A stretch of 64,000 nt of DNA, taken from the NCBI GenBank assembly GCA_001179505.1, contig CDMY01000488.1, positions 1 through 64,000 of the forward strand, in the 5' to 3' direction. The translations under genes and the position numbers were made by a program. Under the pieces are notes generated by a model that saw only the letters and a list, made by a program, of their open reading frames with translations, made no database searches and was not told where the DNA came from. Below, in pieces: positions 48,656 through 60,400 of the stretch. The DNA comes from Vitrella brassicaformis CCMP3155. Its lineage: Eukaryota; Protista; Chromerida. The first letter of the stretch is position 1; the number at the start of each line of letters is the position of its first letter.

Positions 48656-49010
48656 GGTTGCTCTGACGCGCTGGAGGGAAGCTGACAGTCAGAGAGCGCG
48701 CCAGTGAGGCCGCATTGAGGATGAGAGACCTCCCTCCCTGCTCGGGGTTTCAGATTCGGCGATCTCCCATCGCTCTCTCCAACGCCATCGCCTGTGGCAC
48801 CGCTGAGGTGTTGTCCATCCCACCAGTATACTTCCTCCTATTCCGGCAAGCACCGGATCCTATTCTTCCGCTCATTCGCGACGGGCCAGGGTTTGGAACA
48901 GTTAGGGGGAAAGGAGTGCGAGCTTTCGGAGGGAGGGAAGGGCAAAAGCCGCGCGGGTACAAGAGTGAATCAGTGGCTGTGGAGATCTGCGCAGAGCGAT
49001 ATCTTTTGCC

Positions 49011-50571
49011 GTGATGATGGATCTGCTGACACTCAAAGCCGACACGGCAAAGGACGTGCTCTTGTCTGCGGCGAAGGTCGGCTCACTCCTGGCTGTGGGG
49101 TGCGCTGGCGCCGTGACGGTGGCGCTGGGCTACTCTGGGATCTACTACCTATGGGTACGGTACACAAGCCAAGCTGCTGAGTGGACCATTAACTCATGGG
49201 ACAGAATGTGTCGTATGTGTGTGTGTGTGGTCAGATGGGCCGCAAGTACCGGAAGCTGCCTCGGAGGAAGAAGTGGATGCCTGTGTGGGACGCATTTGAC
49301 CAGCAAAAGGGCGAGGAGGCCTTCATCAACGAGTTCAGAGACCCTGACCAGCCTGGAGAGTTCCAAACTGTCGTCGGTGAGTGAGTGACCGGCTCAACAA
49401 CCAACAGCACGGCAGCGTGACGTGATGTGTGTCCATGGTTGCTCTCCGTGTGTGTATCATATCTGTGCGTAAATAAAGACATGGGTCCTGACTTCAATGG
49501 CAACCGCATCGTGGCCTTCAGCGACCCCGAGACCTTTGCCAAGATCCTCAACGACACACAGACATTCGGCAAGGCGCCCAACGCGGGGGCGGAAGAGCTC
49601 ATCGGCAAAGACTCGTCAGCTACACGCAATGCACTGCACTCACAGCCACATCACACGCACACAACAAACAGCCCAGCCCACACACGCGGTGTGTTGTGTT
49701 TCTTCCTCTCTCTCTCTCTCTCTGTGTTGGTTCTTTCAGGCTGGTGATGAGTGAGGGCGAGCTGTGGGCACGGCAGCGGAAGCTGATCACACCGGTGTTC
49801 CACTTCTCGTCCCTCAAGGCCGTGTTTGACACGATGGTGGACATCGCCGTGAAGGATGCCGACGACATGCAGCACCAGATCGAGACCAGCAAGGACCACT
49901 GCGCCATCCGCACCAAAGAGGACTTCAAGTGAGTGGGTCACGCACACACACACACACACACAGGTGTGTTGAGCTACGTGTGATTGTGTGTGTTGGCCTG
50001 CCTGCAGTGCGTTGACGATGCGGATCATCATTGCCTGTGCGTTTTCGTCTCGCTTCGACGTGGAGTGGATGCATCGCGCATGGGGCAAGGTGTTCCACTC
50101 CATCTTCTACTTCATCGGACGGCAGATTGTCGGTCAGCCAGTGCGCAACCCACTACAACACACCACACCACACCTCTCGTTATGTGTGTGTGTGTGCCTG
50201 CCTGCCTGCCTGCTCGCAGGTCCCCTGTGGAACTACATTCCCCACAAGGACGCCTGGGGCGTCGCCGCCGTCATGAAGCAGATAAACCGCAAAGTGCAGG
50301 CAGAGATCGACACGAGGAGGAAGGACGGCACCGACACAGCGGCCAAGGAAGGGGAAGGCCCGAGGGACCTGCTGGACCTCCTCATGGCTGCCGGTGACGA
50401 GATGTCCGACCGTTTGATGATCGACGAGTCCCTGACCTTCCTCTCGGCGGGGCATGAGACCACATCGTCGCTCGTCTCGTGGACCATGTACTGCCTCAGC
50501 AAACACCCTGACGTCCAGGTGACCACAGAGTGTCTCATGGGGTCCCTCGCGACGCATCTCTCCCTGTGTGT

Positions 50572-50609
<38 letters not shown>

Positions 50610-51568
50610 CGTCAGCTGCAGGAAGAGTTGGACGCCGTGATTGGTGACCGGCCTTTGACCTTCGACGACATCAACAGACTCGAGTACATGAAGTGCGTCG
50701 TCAAGGAAGTGCTCAGGTGAGTCAATGAGTGAGCCACACGGCCGCCACGCACGGTGAGTGGGTGTATTGCGTTGCCTGTTGATTCAATGACCAGGCTGTG
50801 TCCGCCGGCCCCCTTCCTGGACCGCCTCGCCAAGCGTGACTTCTCACTCAACGGCTATGACCTCCCAAAAGGTTCATTAGCACACAGTCAACACACCACC
50901 CAAGTCAGCTCCTTCGACGATCCCTCGCACAACACACGTGTGTGTTGGTGTGTGCCGTCCCTTCTTCAGGGACGATTGTGTGGCTGATGTTCCACGCTGC
51001 GCAGATGGACGAGCGCTACTGGGACAAGCCGCAGGAGTTCATGCCGTCACGATGGGCGGAGGGGTCGGGCACAGAGACTGCGGCGGAGGGCGGGGCCACA
51101 AAGGCCTTGAGGCACCCCTACGCCTACCTGCCCTTCTCCGCGGGACCCAGGAACTGCATCGGCCAGAAGGTGAGCACAGCACACGACACAACACACGCCG
51201 GCCGTGGGCACGTCTATCATGGATCTGTGTGTGCATGTCTTTCCTCTCTGCTTGCTTGTGTCTGTTCTGTATCCGTCAGTTCGCGCAGCAGGAGGCATCG
51301 GTGGGATTGATGTGACAGACAGACAACGGGAGAGAACGGACTGCATATGCCATCATTGTCCTCTGTCCCCTCCATGGTTTGTGTCCTCCCTCAGGTCATT
51401 CTAGCGTCGGTGATGCGCCACTATGACGTGGCCCTCGAGGGGGAGGACAAGGTGATGGGCATAATCGAGGCCACCATGGTACCAAAGAATCTGTCGCTCC
51501 GGTTCACCCCCAGAGGCACGTGTGCACACAGCGTCGCCAGTGGCACCACCACTGATGGCGGCGCGTAG
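49011..51568 (+). CDS. Cytochrome P450 (CYP4/CYP3-clan-like)
   Basis: N-terminal hydrophobic anchor, WARQRKL (C-helix), AGHETT (I-helix), EVLR (K-helix), PSRW (PERF-like) and PFSAGPRNCIGQKFA (haem Cys). Confidence 0.95.
50565..50606. repeat. (TG)n intronic microsatellite, representative of dozens of similar intron tracts
   Basis: A TG run directly precedes the 3' splice site. Similar (GA)n tracts occur at about 7940-7966, 31400-31417 and 35390-35414, and (CAG)n at about 19740-19790. Confidence 0.9.
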
Positions 51569-52453
51569 GTTGCTGTCTGTGTCATGTCAGCGGGGGGACA
51601 GGACAGCCCGACTGACTGACTGAGTTGGTGGTCAAGTCAATGAGCCGGGGCTGGTTGTGGTGGACAGAGTGGACAGTGAGTGAGTGAGTGGTAGTGTGTG
51701 GTGTGCGAGGCGCGTGGCGTGCTGTCTGTGGTGGATTTGCAATTGATTTGTATTTTTGGTGGCCTGTCTGTCCCAGCCAGAAGCGTGTCTGTATACTACC
51801 GACCTGCAGCCAAGCGTGGGCGGGCGTGCCTTTCCCGCACGTCCACCCGTCCGTCACTGCCAGTGCAGTGCTTGCTCTCCTGTGGTGACACGTACGTGTG
51901 TGGGGGGAGGGGTGCGGTTGGTTGCCACCACTCACTCGGCTAAAGGTGCACTGCACGGCAGTCAGTGAGTGAGCCGTCGTGCAGTGCGTGTGATGTGTTT
52001 GTTGTGCTCTTCATGTGAGTGACCCCTGCCTGTGTTTGTTGTGTGTATCCTCCTGTGTGGCTGGCTGGCTGGCTGGCTGGCCGGCTGTCTGTGTGGGTGG
52101 GTGCGTCGATCTGTCTGTGAGTCACATGGAGGCTTTATGGTGCCTTGTAGGTTTTTCAGAGACGGTCAAGACATGCATGGTATGGGATGATGCCATGCGG
52201 TGCGGTGCATCTCTTGGATGGCAAACGATGGTTGCGTCGGGGGCCACACACGTGTCGTGTTGGTCCACCGCGCCGAGTAGGAGATGATGAGGCAGACGAC
52301 TAGTGACGTTTCTGTAATTGGTTCGTGTGTCAGCCATCCACTCGTTCCTTCACCATTCCACCCAGCCATGTGTTCGTTCCCCTCACACGTGGTGTGCAGC
52401 GAATTCTACTCGTACAAATGACAGCCCTCCCTCCCCCCTCCCTCCTTCTCTGG

Positions 52454-53193
52454 TCATCGCAAGGCCCTCCTCTTCCTCAGTAACTTGTCGACATACAGGT
52501 GCAGCATACTCACACTCAGCAGACCCGCACTCGCCATTATGAACGTCTTGTTGTCCACCACCTGCAGCTGCTTGACGCCCTCGGGCACAGCATACGACTG
52601 ACGCCACTCCACTGGATTGTACCGAACCTGACAGACGGCCAGACAGACACACGGCCAGACAGACAGACAGACAGACAACCACACACACCAACCTAGGACC
52701 ATGTGTGTGTGTGTTCCCCACACCCACCCAGTTCACCTTGATGGGGTAGCCTTTCCTGTTGTTCTGGTAGGCCTCGATCACTTCGGGCCGCTTCCAGTCT
52801 TCGCTTGACTCGTGGCCTTTCTGGTCAAAGGTCAACCGGTGGGAGGTGTGGCCACTGCATTCCATGTTGGTGCCTGCACGTCACTCACGTCAATCTGACT
52901 CATCTCATCGGCAGACCGTGCGTCAGGGCGTGTGGTGCCTGCCCAGCAAATCACTCACCTGTCGGTGTGTACTTGTAGTGGATCTTGAGAAACATCCCCG
53001 GGACGGTGAAGACAGCGGCGAAGATGAGCCCGTGGGGCCGCAGGTAGCTGACGCCGCTGGACGTGATCTCCCCCTGCACCTCGGTCCACTTCTCGATGAT
53101 GCGGTCGTGGTTCTGCGTGTGGATGCCGACCAGGACGCCGCCGGCACCCACGACCAGCCCAACGTTGGACAGAAGCCATAGGTATCCAGACAT
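52454..53193 (-). CDS. DUF3592-like two-TM membrane protein
   Basis: TM helix; KWTEVQGEITSSGV...IHYKY; YPIKV..|VRYNPVEWRQSYAVP; second TM. This follows the DUF3592 layout. Confidence 0.6.
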
Positions 53194-53656
53194 AGACTCA
53201 GCAACACAGATCAGGTGCAGTCGGCATTGCTTGCGTCGAGATCTGCCACGCCGCTTTCGAGGAAAGAGCTCCCGTTGAGTCGAGAATTCGCGATGAGACG
53301 CGGCGAGTCGAGACGCCCCCAAATCGCGTCATGATGCATTGTCTTAGTGGCTGTGCACGGCAACCCTCATAGAAGGTGACAACGTGCGTTCCAGACGACG
53401 ACACCTGGGCCGACATCTCCCAGCGCGAGAATGTATGGAGGCGCATGAACCACCTGTGAGGCGGGGGGCTTGAGGATTTCCTGAAGGCCTTCCGTGAGCG
53501 AGAACGTCCAGGCTTAGCGCGGCAACAAGACCGATCCAAACCGCGTGGAACGTTTCGATTCCCACTATTTTGGCGACGCTCGCAAGAGCCGGCAGAGAGG
53601 CAGCGAAGGCAGAAGGCGTCGATATTCGTCTCTCGCACCTAGTCTCGCACTCACCG

Positions 53657-55700
53657 ATGCTGCCATGGCAGCAGCAGCAGCTAGGTGAGTTGGATGTCAA
53701 TGTCCCACAGTTGCGGCAGATGTACGACGTGCGCCACATTGTCTCATTTGGGAGGTCAGCGCATGGCCACAAGAGCAGCTGACCCGCCTGCTCTGCGTGG
53801 CACTGCATGGTTTGATTTGGCTTGTGTGTGTTGTGTGCAGTTTCTCCACGGTAGCCAAGGCCACAAGCAGGACGTCGGGAGACGAATATGCTTGAAAGAA
53901 GATCGATAGAGCGCTTCTCGAGTGAGCATTCAATCACGGGTGTATCTGGGGCATGACGGCACTCGGACCACACGGGAGGTGTACGAGATGGTAAAAGCGG
54001 CGCAGAACGACAACATCGTCGACGTGCACTACACATCAGCCGACCAGCAGCACCTGCATGTCGTCATGGAGTGGCTGGACGGACCGACACTACTCAGCTA
54101 CCTGTGCAGCCACCACCCGATGCCACTCGACACCGTGCGCCTCGTCACGAAAGGCGTGCTGCGGGCCCTCCAATTCATCCATGACAACGAGGTGAGCGAA
54201 TTGAGGCTCGGTTTGGTTGCAGCATCACAACTGCTCTGACGTCACGTCATGATGCATTGTCTTAATGGCACTACTACAGCCAACACAGCATTCGCCCGGT
54301 GCTTCCTCGCTAGTGCATCGGCCTGTGGTGCCGCGGACCAAAGCAGGAGAGTTACTGCAAGTCGTCGCTTTCCTCGAATTCCTAGCAGGATCCACTTGGG
54401 TTTCTGAAACAGCGCTACGGTGATGCCCACTCTCTCAAGACCATGAAGCATGCTACCTCTTCTCGTCGGCCAGTGACATGTGGGGCGCTGGGGTGATCAT
54501 GTGAGTGACAGATAGACAAACGGAGAGCACCCACACTTCATTAATTACCATCCATCCTTTCTTGGTCGTGTTGTTGATCAACCAACACACAGCGACCTGT
54601 GCAGGTATCGGTTGTTGATGAATCGTTATCCGTTTGAGGTCGCTGGGTTTGGCCCGCCACGATGAACTGCAAAAGATCGAGGAGGTGATTGATTGAGGTA
54701 ACCGCACCGCACCGCACACGAACTCTGTGCATCGTCATCTTTACCTGTGTGTTGCCTTTCTCTCTCTCTCTCTCTCTCTCCCGGTTTGTGTGTTAGGTAT
54801 GGTTTGCGGTATTCGATGCGCGAGAAGACAGTTCCCGAGCTGCTGAAGATGGCGTGGGCGGTGGGCCTTTGGGACGACGCCGTCTCCCTTCACCTGCTCA
54901 ACACCAAGAAGCCCAACTATCATAGAGAATATTTTGGATGATCAATCAATCGGAGAGAGAGGCAACACCATCGACGCACCCATGCAGCAGGACCACGAGG
55001 CCTGCGATCTCATCCATCGCCTACTCGCCCAACACCCCCACAATTGCACCCCCACGGATCTGCTGCTCATTCTTCTGTGTGTGTGCTGACTTGTGTCGTG
55101 AGTGCAGCAGTCGCTGAAGGTCGCGGAGCACAAGCAGTCGCCCAAGGTGCGGCAGCTCCATGCACAATGATATCCATCGTGAGTGACTGGTGTAAGTAAG
55201 TGTGTTGTGGTGGTGGCTGTGCAGAAGCTCGGCACACTCGACAAGATTCCAGAGGAGAGGCAGGAGGGCATCGGCAAGGTAGGTATGGACGTGTGTGTGC
55301 TCTATCTGTCCCTTGTCTGTCGTGTGCACTCGGTGCTCCTTCTCTGTGTCTGTCGTGCCTGTTGGCACCAGCAGCAGGTGGCGGCCAAGACGACGCCTCT
55401 CGTGAGTCAGGTGGTGACCAAGAAGACTGTGGCGTACGTGGTGCACCCACCAGTGTTGAGCGAAGTGGAAGGATGGAGGGATGCATGGTTGGGTGTTCCA
55501 CACTCGTGTCTCGCTGGTGCGTGGTTGGGTCTTCCACACTCGCCCTCGCTGTTTATCATCAGTTCATGCCCCCCCGTGTCGTCAAGAGGATCACAACGAT
55601 GCCCGACACCAAGTGCCCGGTAAGCCCATCATCCCTGAGTATACACACACGCCACACACGACTGCTTTCTGTTAGGACACAGTTCACCTACGCCCCTGTG
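53657..55700 (+). pseudogene. CaMK/CDPK-like protein kinase pseudogene
   Basis: FG|SFSTVAKATSRTSGDEYA*KKID has an in-frame TGA at 53893-53895. REVYEMV..NDNIVDVH, HVVMEWLDGPTL, ALQFIHDN, SDMWGAGVI and EACDLIHRLLAQHP are recognisable. No HRD or DFG was found in any frame between subdomains VIa and IX. Confidence 0.75.
54215..54375. repeat. Short dispersed repeat, copy inside the kinase relic
   Basis: 54215-54301 matches 56029-56115 with one mismatch, and looser similarity continues to about 54375/56154. The 20-bp core CGTCATGATGCATTGTCTTA also occurs at 53327-53346. Confidence 0.85.
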
Positions 55701-56028
55701 CGAGTGACGAGTGGCTGGCTGACTGGCTAACTATCATACTATACAGCCAGGCCGATGGCCCATCTGCCGCCCCCATCCCCGCACCCACCCCTCCTGCAAA
55801 CATCGACGCGTCGGCTGCTCCCGCACAGAACCGAGGTATCGTCGCCGACCCCTCACCATCCATCCCCACAGACGAGCAGCAGGGCCGCACCATCGGCGGC
55901 GGCATGCCGGGCATCCACGAGGAGGGCACATTGGGCGGCGGGGCAGGGCACGAGCGTCGCAGTGGAGAAGAGGGCGGCATGCTGCAGATCGGCAGGGGCG
56001 GGGGCCTCACCCCCACCCGCCCCACTTA

Positions 56029-56154
56029 GGTTGCAGCAACACAACTGCTCTGACGTCACGTCATGATGCATTGTCTTAATGGCACTACTACAGCCAACAC
56101 AGCATTCGCCCGGTGGTGCATCGGCGCGGAAGTACTGCAAGTCGCCGCTTTCCT
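56029..56154. repeat. Short dispersed repeat, second copy
   Basis: See 54215-54375. Confidence 0.85.
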
Positions 56155-56258
56155 CAATTCAGTCTTCGCGACACACCATGCATCAAGACTGACAGGTGAG
56201 GGCCACACCAGACAGCGTCAGTAAGTAGGCGGCCTATCTCTGTGCGGGCCTCTCTCTA

Positions 56259-56933
56259 ATGTTTTGTCTGTGCGGGCCGCTTCAGATGTTCTCCGGCGCA
56301 GCCTTCCTGGGCGGTATGGCGCCCACACGGGCGTTCGCGGCATTCTACTCGACGGCTGAGAGAGAGGGAGCACACGCACACACGTGGGGATCTGCACACA
56401 CGTGTGTGTTGTGTTCTGTGTATGTGTGTGTGTGTGTGTGTCCGTGTTGTGTGTTGTGTGCAGCGGCTAAGAAGACGGCCCCCCGTCGTGCCGCTGGGGA
56501 GGACGGCGATCTGGACACCCTGTTGGCGACGGATGGTACGCACATGAAATGGAAGGGGCGTGGTGGATCAATGAGGCCCATGTGCGGTCGTCACTATCTG
56601 CTGTCGGTGCAGTGGCGACCGTTGTAGCCGAGTTCAAGAAAATCACGACGGGCGGCCAAGTACCTCATACTACGACTTCACGGCATAACAGAAGGTGCGG
56701 ACATAGACACACACACACACACACGGACATAGACAGACACATGTGTGTACGAAACTGGGCCCTGTGCATCTGCTGTCGGAATGTGTGCAGCGGTGCTCGT
56801 GTCCGCCATGGCTGCACACATCGGCCATGAGGCTGCCGCTGCAGAGAATGACCCACGCATCGTCGGCGGCATGCCGGGCATGCCAGAGCACGGCACTGGT
56901 GCCGGAGGCGTCGGAGAAGAGGGTGGCCTTTGA
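56259..56933 (+). CDS. Small multi-exon hypothetical protein
   Basis: Exon-like segments flank microsatellite introns. The final segment IVGGMPGMPEHGTGAGGVGEEGGL* resembles 55880-55980. The frame could not be fully resolved. Confidence 0.3.
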
Positions 56934-57485
56934 GGGTGGCAGCAATGGCGTCCTCGCGAACACATCGCAGCGGAGACAGCCGTGGACGTAGCGTGTGTGC
57001 GTGTGCGTGTACGTGTGCGCATGCGCGTTGCGTGGGGTACCGGGGAAAAGTGATGGAAGTGGCAATTGCTGCCTTCATTTTATATCAGTCGAGTGGTCTT
57101 TCCCTCCTGCACTGCATGCTATTTCATGTCAGGGATGGAAGATGAGAGTCGCTTCCACGCAATCAATCTACAGGGATATTGTAACTACCCTCATGTCAAA
57201 GACACGAGTCTGAATCAAAGCCTTTCCCTTCCCGTAGTTGACAATGACAGAAAATGATCACGCCAGTTGGTGACACATATGCATGCACAGTGCTGATGCA
57301 ATGTGACCCAAATAAAGACACATCCTCTCGAAGACAGAACAAGTGCGAAGACAGCACGGAGATAGCAATCAAAACCGATAAAGCCCTACAGGGAGACACA
57401 GGAAAGAAGGGCCGAAATCGAAACGAGGATGCCCAAAACCCAGCAAACGGCAAGACAGCAAGAGAAGACACAACACGTCATGTCT

Positions 57486-60400
57486 CTATCTCGGTGTCCT
57501 TCTCGATGGATTCACATATGCATAGTTGCCCCTAGGGAACGCCTCGGCATTCATCGTGGTAGGACACGTATCCTCTTCCCCCGTCAGCTGATCAACCTGC
57601 CCAACATTCAAGCCGACTTGGAGATTCAAGTCGAGACACCGAAAGCCCGAAGCGAAGTTGAATAAGACCTGCTGATGCGCCGATTGTAATGGGCCTGGCG
57701 CGGCCGAGAAGACAAAAGCCAATGTCAAGCCGCTCTCAGCCGACGACGAATCTAACAGGCTGACGTCTTGGTCAGAGACCATGTACGTACGGCCACTAAA
57801 CTCCAGCACAGAACTGGAAAAATGGGAGGAAGCAAATCGAACAAGAAATGGACTTGCAGCAGTGTCTGCATGTTCCTCGCTCACCTTTTTTGCGTTATAC
57901 AATGGCATTAAGGGCACCTGCTCTTGTCTCAACGACTTGAATGCCGGCTCAAATGACCTTCTGCTGTCGGCATCCGTGAGATCCCCAGGCACCAACAGAG
58001 GGGCAAGATTCGGCCATGACCTGACGCGATATATGTCAGTGCCGTCGCCGTGTGCGTTGAGGTCTAGAAATGGTGAGTCAGCCACAAACAGCCCAAGTAG
58101 CCGATGGTGGTCGATCGGGATGACCTCTGAAGGACAGAGTGGCGAGGAGTGCCCACATCCTTGCCAGTGCTCTTTCGTGGCTTTACATACCCGCAGCTTT
58201 CCGTCGGTCCCTGTCGTCACGTGCCGTCCGGCTTCTTGTCGCCTCGTACTGCGTGAGATTTCTCAGCAGCTCCGCTACTTCTCTCTGACTACCCCCCTCA
58301 TTCAATTTCCGTCTCCATATCGCCAGCAGCCTCAGCTTTCCCTGAAAGCAATTGTCGGCCGCCTTTGACGCATCCAGGTGCTGCTGGGCAGTGTTCGCGA
58401 GCTCCGCCTGTCTGCCGAGGTTCTCGAGCATGACGCGACAGCCAACGTCGATTGGCGCCACGTCAGACGCTGCGGCAAGCCCATCGCGCTTGACCCTCCG
58501 TCTATCCATCCGTCTTGACCAGGATTGAACATCCCATAGCTCGCGATCCAGTGGAACAGCCTCAAGTGTCTTGCCGTCGCCTTTCAGTGAGCCCCGAAAC
58601 ACCTCCACTGGTCTGAACCGTGAGGATCTGATATCAACTTCGTCACTCCTCCGCACAGCAGAGTCACTGGTCCAGACGGGATCGTCCTTCGGTGCTTGGA
58701 GGGGTGCGCCGACATGTAGTGGCCTCGCGGCGTTGAAGGGATGCAGCTCGAACGTAACAACAAAGAGCTCGAGGGACGGTGATGTGCCTGGCGAGCCTGG
58801 GACGATGTTGGGGCCTGTGGACGTTATCCTGAAGGGGGGATGGGGGCCCACAGGACCGCCAGAGATCCCGAAAGCGCCCACACCTGCGAGACACGGAAGG
58901 GATGGTGCGTGAGAGACATGGCCGTGTGTGGTGGTGGTAACAGGGTCTGACCATGACACTGTATGTCGGTGTGCCACCTTCCCTCCGTACAGAGGGCTTT
59001 GTTGAGACATCCCTCTCAGGGACAAAAGGTCTTGTAGCCCTGCCGGCACTTGATGTCCCACAGCTCGTGGCCCGGCAGGGGGGAGTCTGCCTGCTTGGAC
59101 GGGACGGGTTCAAACTCCTTCATGGCACTCCAGGGAGGACATCTCGCTACACCAGACAGAAGACACAGATCCCAGTCACTCACCCGCTCGCCTGTGCGTG
59201 CCTGCAGACCGGGTCATGAGGCTTACGTTCACATCTGAGTGAGTCGAGCTTTGACCATCTTGGGATGACAGCGTTGGCCTTCCTGCTGCACTCGATGGAC
59301 TCCTCAAAGACGCCCCCCTTCTTTGGAAGAAAGAATGGCTCGTTGCACCTCACCTGCAGCACAGTGCCCACCGTCCGGTTGACGAGGGAGACCGGTGCCG
59401 TGTCGAGGCGGTAACCCCAACTCAGCTGGGGCACGTCCTGACATAACATGCCTGACAAGGCACACGCCGACCGGTGGCAATCACGAAAGGAATGCTCTCT
59501 GTGTGTCTTCTCTTTCTCACCAGTGCCATTGTTTGACTGATACGAGTGCCTGATCTGTTGCTGGCCAGTGGTGAGGTCAGCAACGAATGTCGCACGACCC
59601 AACAGAATGCCGCCAGGCTCATCGCCGACTTGCCTGATCAGCGCCGTCATGGCCGGCGTCTCCCGTGTCGCCTTCAAGCTGATGAAGGGATTGCCCCTGG
59701 CAACGGTTGCCATGTCGATCGCGTAGTCGCTTGGCTGGATCACCATCGCATCACCGCCTCGCGGGTGCAGGATGACCGGGCTGGTCAGATCAGGTGTGGC
59801 TGCCACAGGCAGCAGCAGCCAGAGTGTCTTTTCGTCTTCTTCACTAAGGCTTGCGAGCAGCTTGCAGTTCTCGCGCCGGACGGGATCGAACCGAGGCCGG
59901 AAGGAAGTGAAGGAGACCAGGGACTTAGCGCCGTGCTGGTGCAACACGTCGGCTAGATCACGGGCGCCTGCGTTGTTAGGGTCGGGAAGAGGAGACAGGA
60001 TGACAATTGGAAGCAGATCCGTCATGGCGGCGTTCGCCGAATACTGCGCAATATGAACGGCGATAAGGACATTACATTCTCAATCTCCAGCTGTGTCTCG
60101 CTTACCTCTACGGTGAGTTGTGCATTCTCGGCATCCGCTTGGACCGGGTAGCTGCCATCCGTTCCGCTGACGACTACGCCCTTCCGCAGGTCAGGCAGCA
60201 TCCCCGCAGCAAGCGGGAACCTTATCGACCCGTCCGAAAGCTGCTCACCCACAACCTGGTTCGAGGCCTTCTGAGCCACACTCACGCCCCTCATCGCTTC
60301 GCGGACACCTATGTCGGGCCTCTCCTCGATAAAGGACGCAAGGGCGGTGCCTTCGCCATGTGGAAGCGTCTTGAGCAGGCTGTCCATGATGGGGCTTGTG

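Noticed and set aside
28975-51568. Including the cytochrome P450 in a biosynthetic cluster with the oxygenases and carbamoyltransferase
   Set aside because: The P450 is 8 kb away, behind unrelated BTB-TLDc and CDK genes. It has an ER-type anchor rather than a plastid-type leader.
53893-53895. In-frame TGA in kinase subdomain II as selenocysteine or UGA recoding
   Set aside because: It is more simply a TGY(Cys)-to-TGA nonsense change (YACK is common in CDPK-like kinases). The gene has other disabling lesions, and UGA ends other genes normally.
57196-57535. ORFs 57196-57471 (-) and 57254-57535 (+) as genes or as a membrane anchor of the giant protein
   Set aside because: No supportable splice connection or family motif was found, so they were left unannotated.
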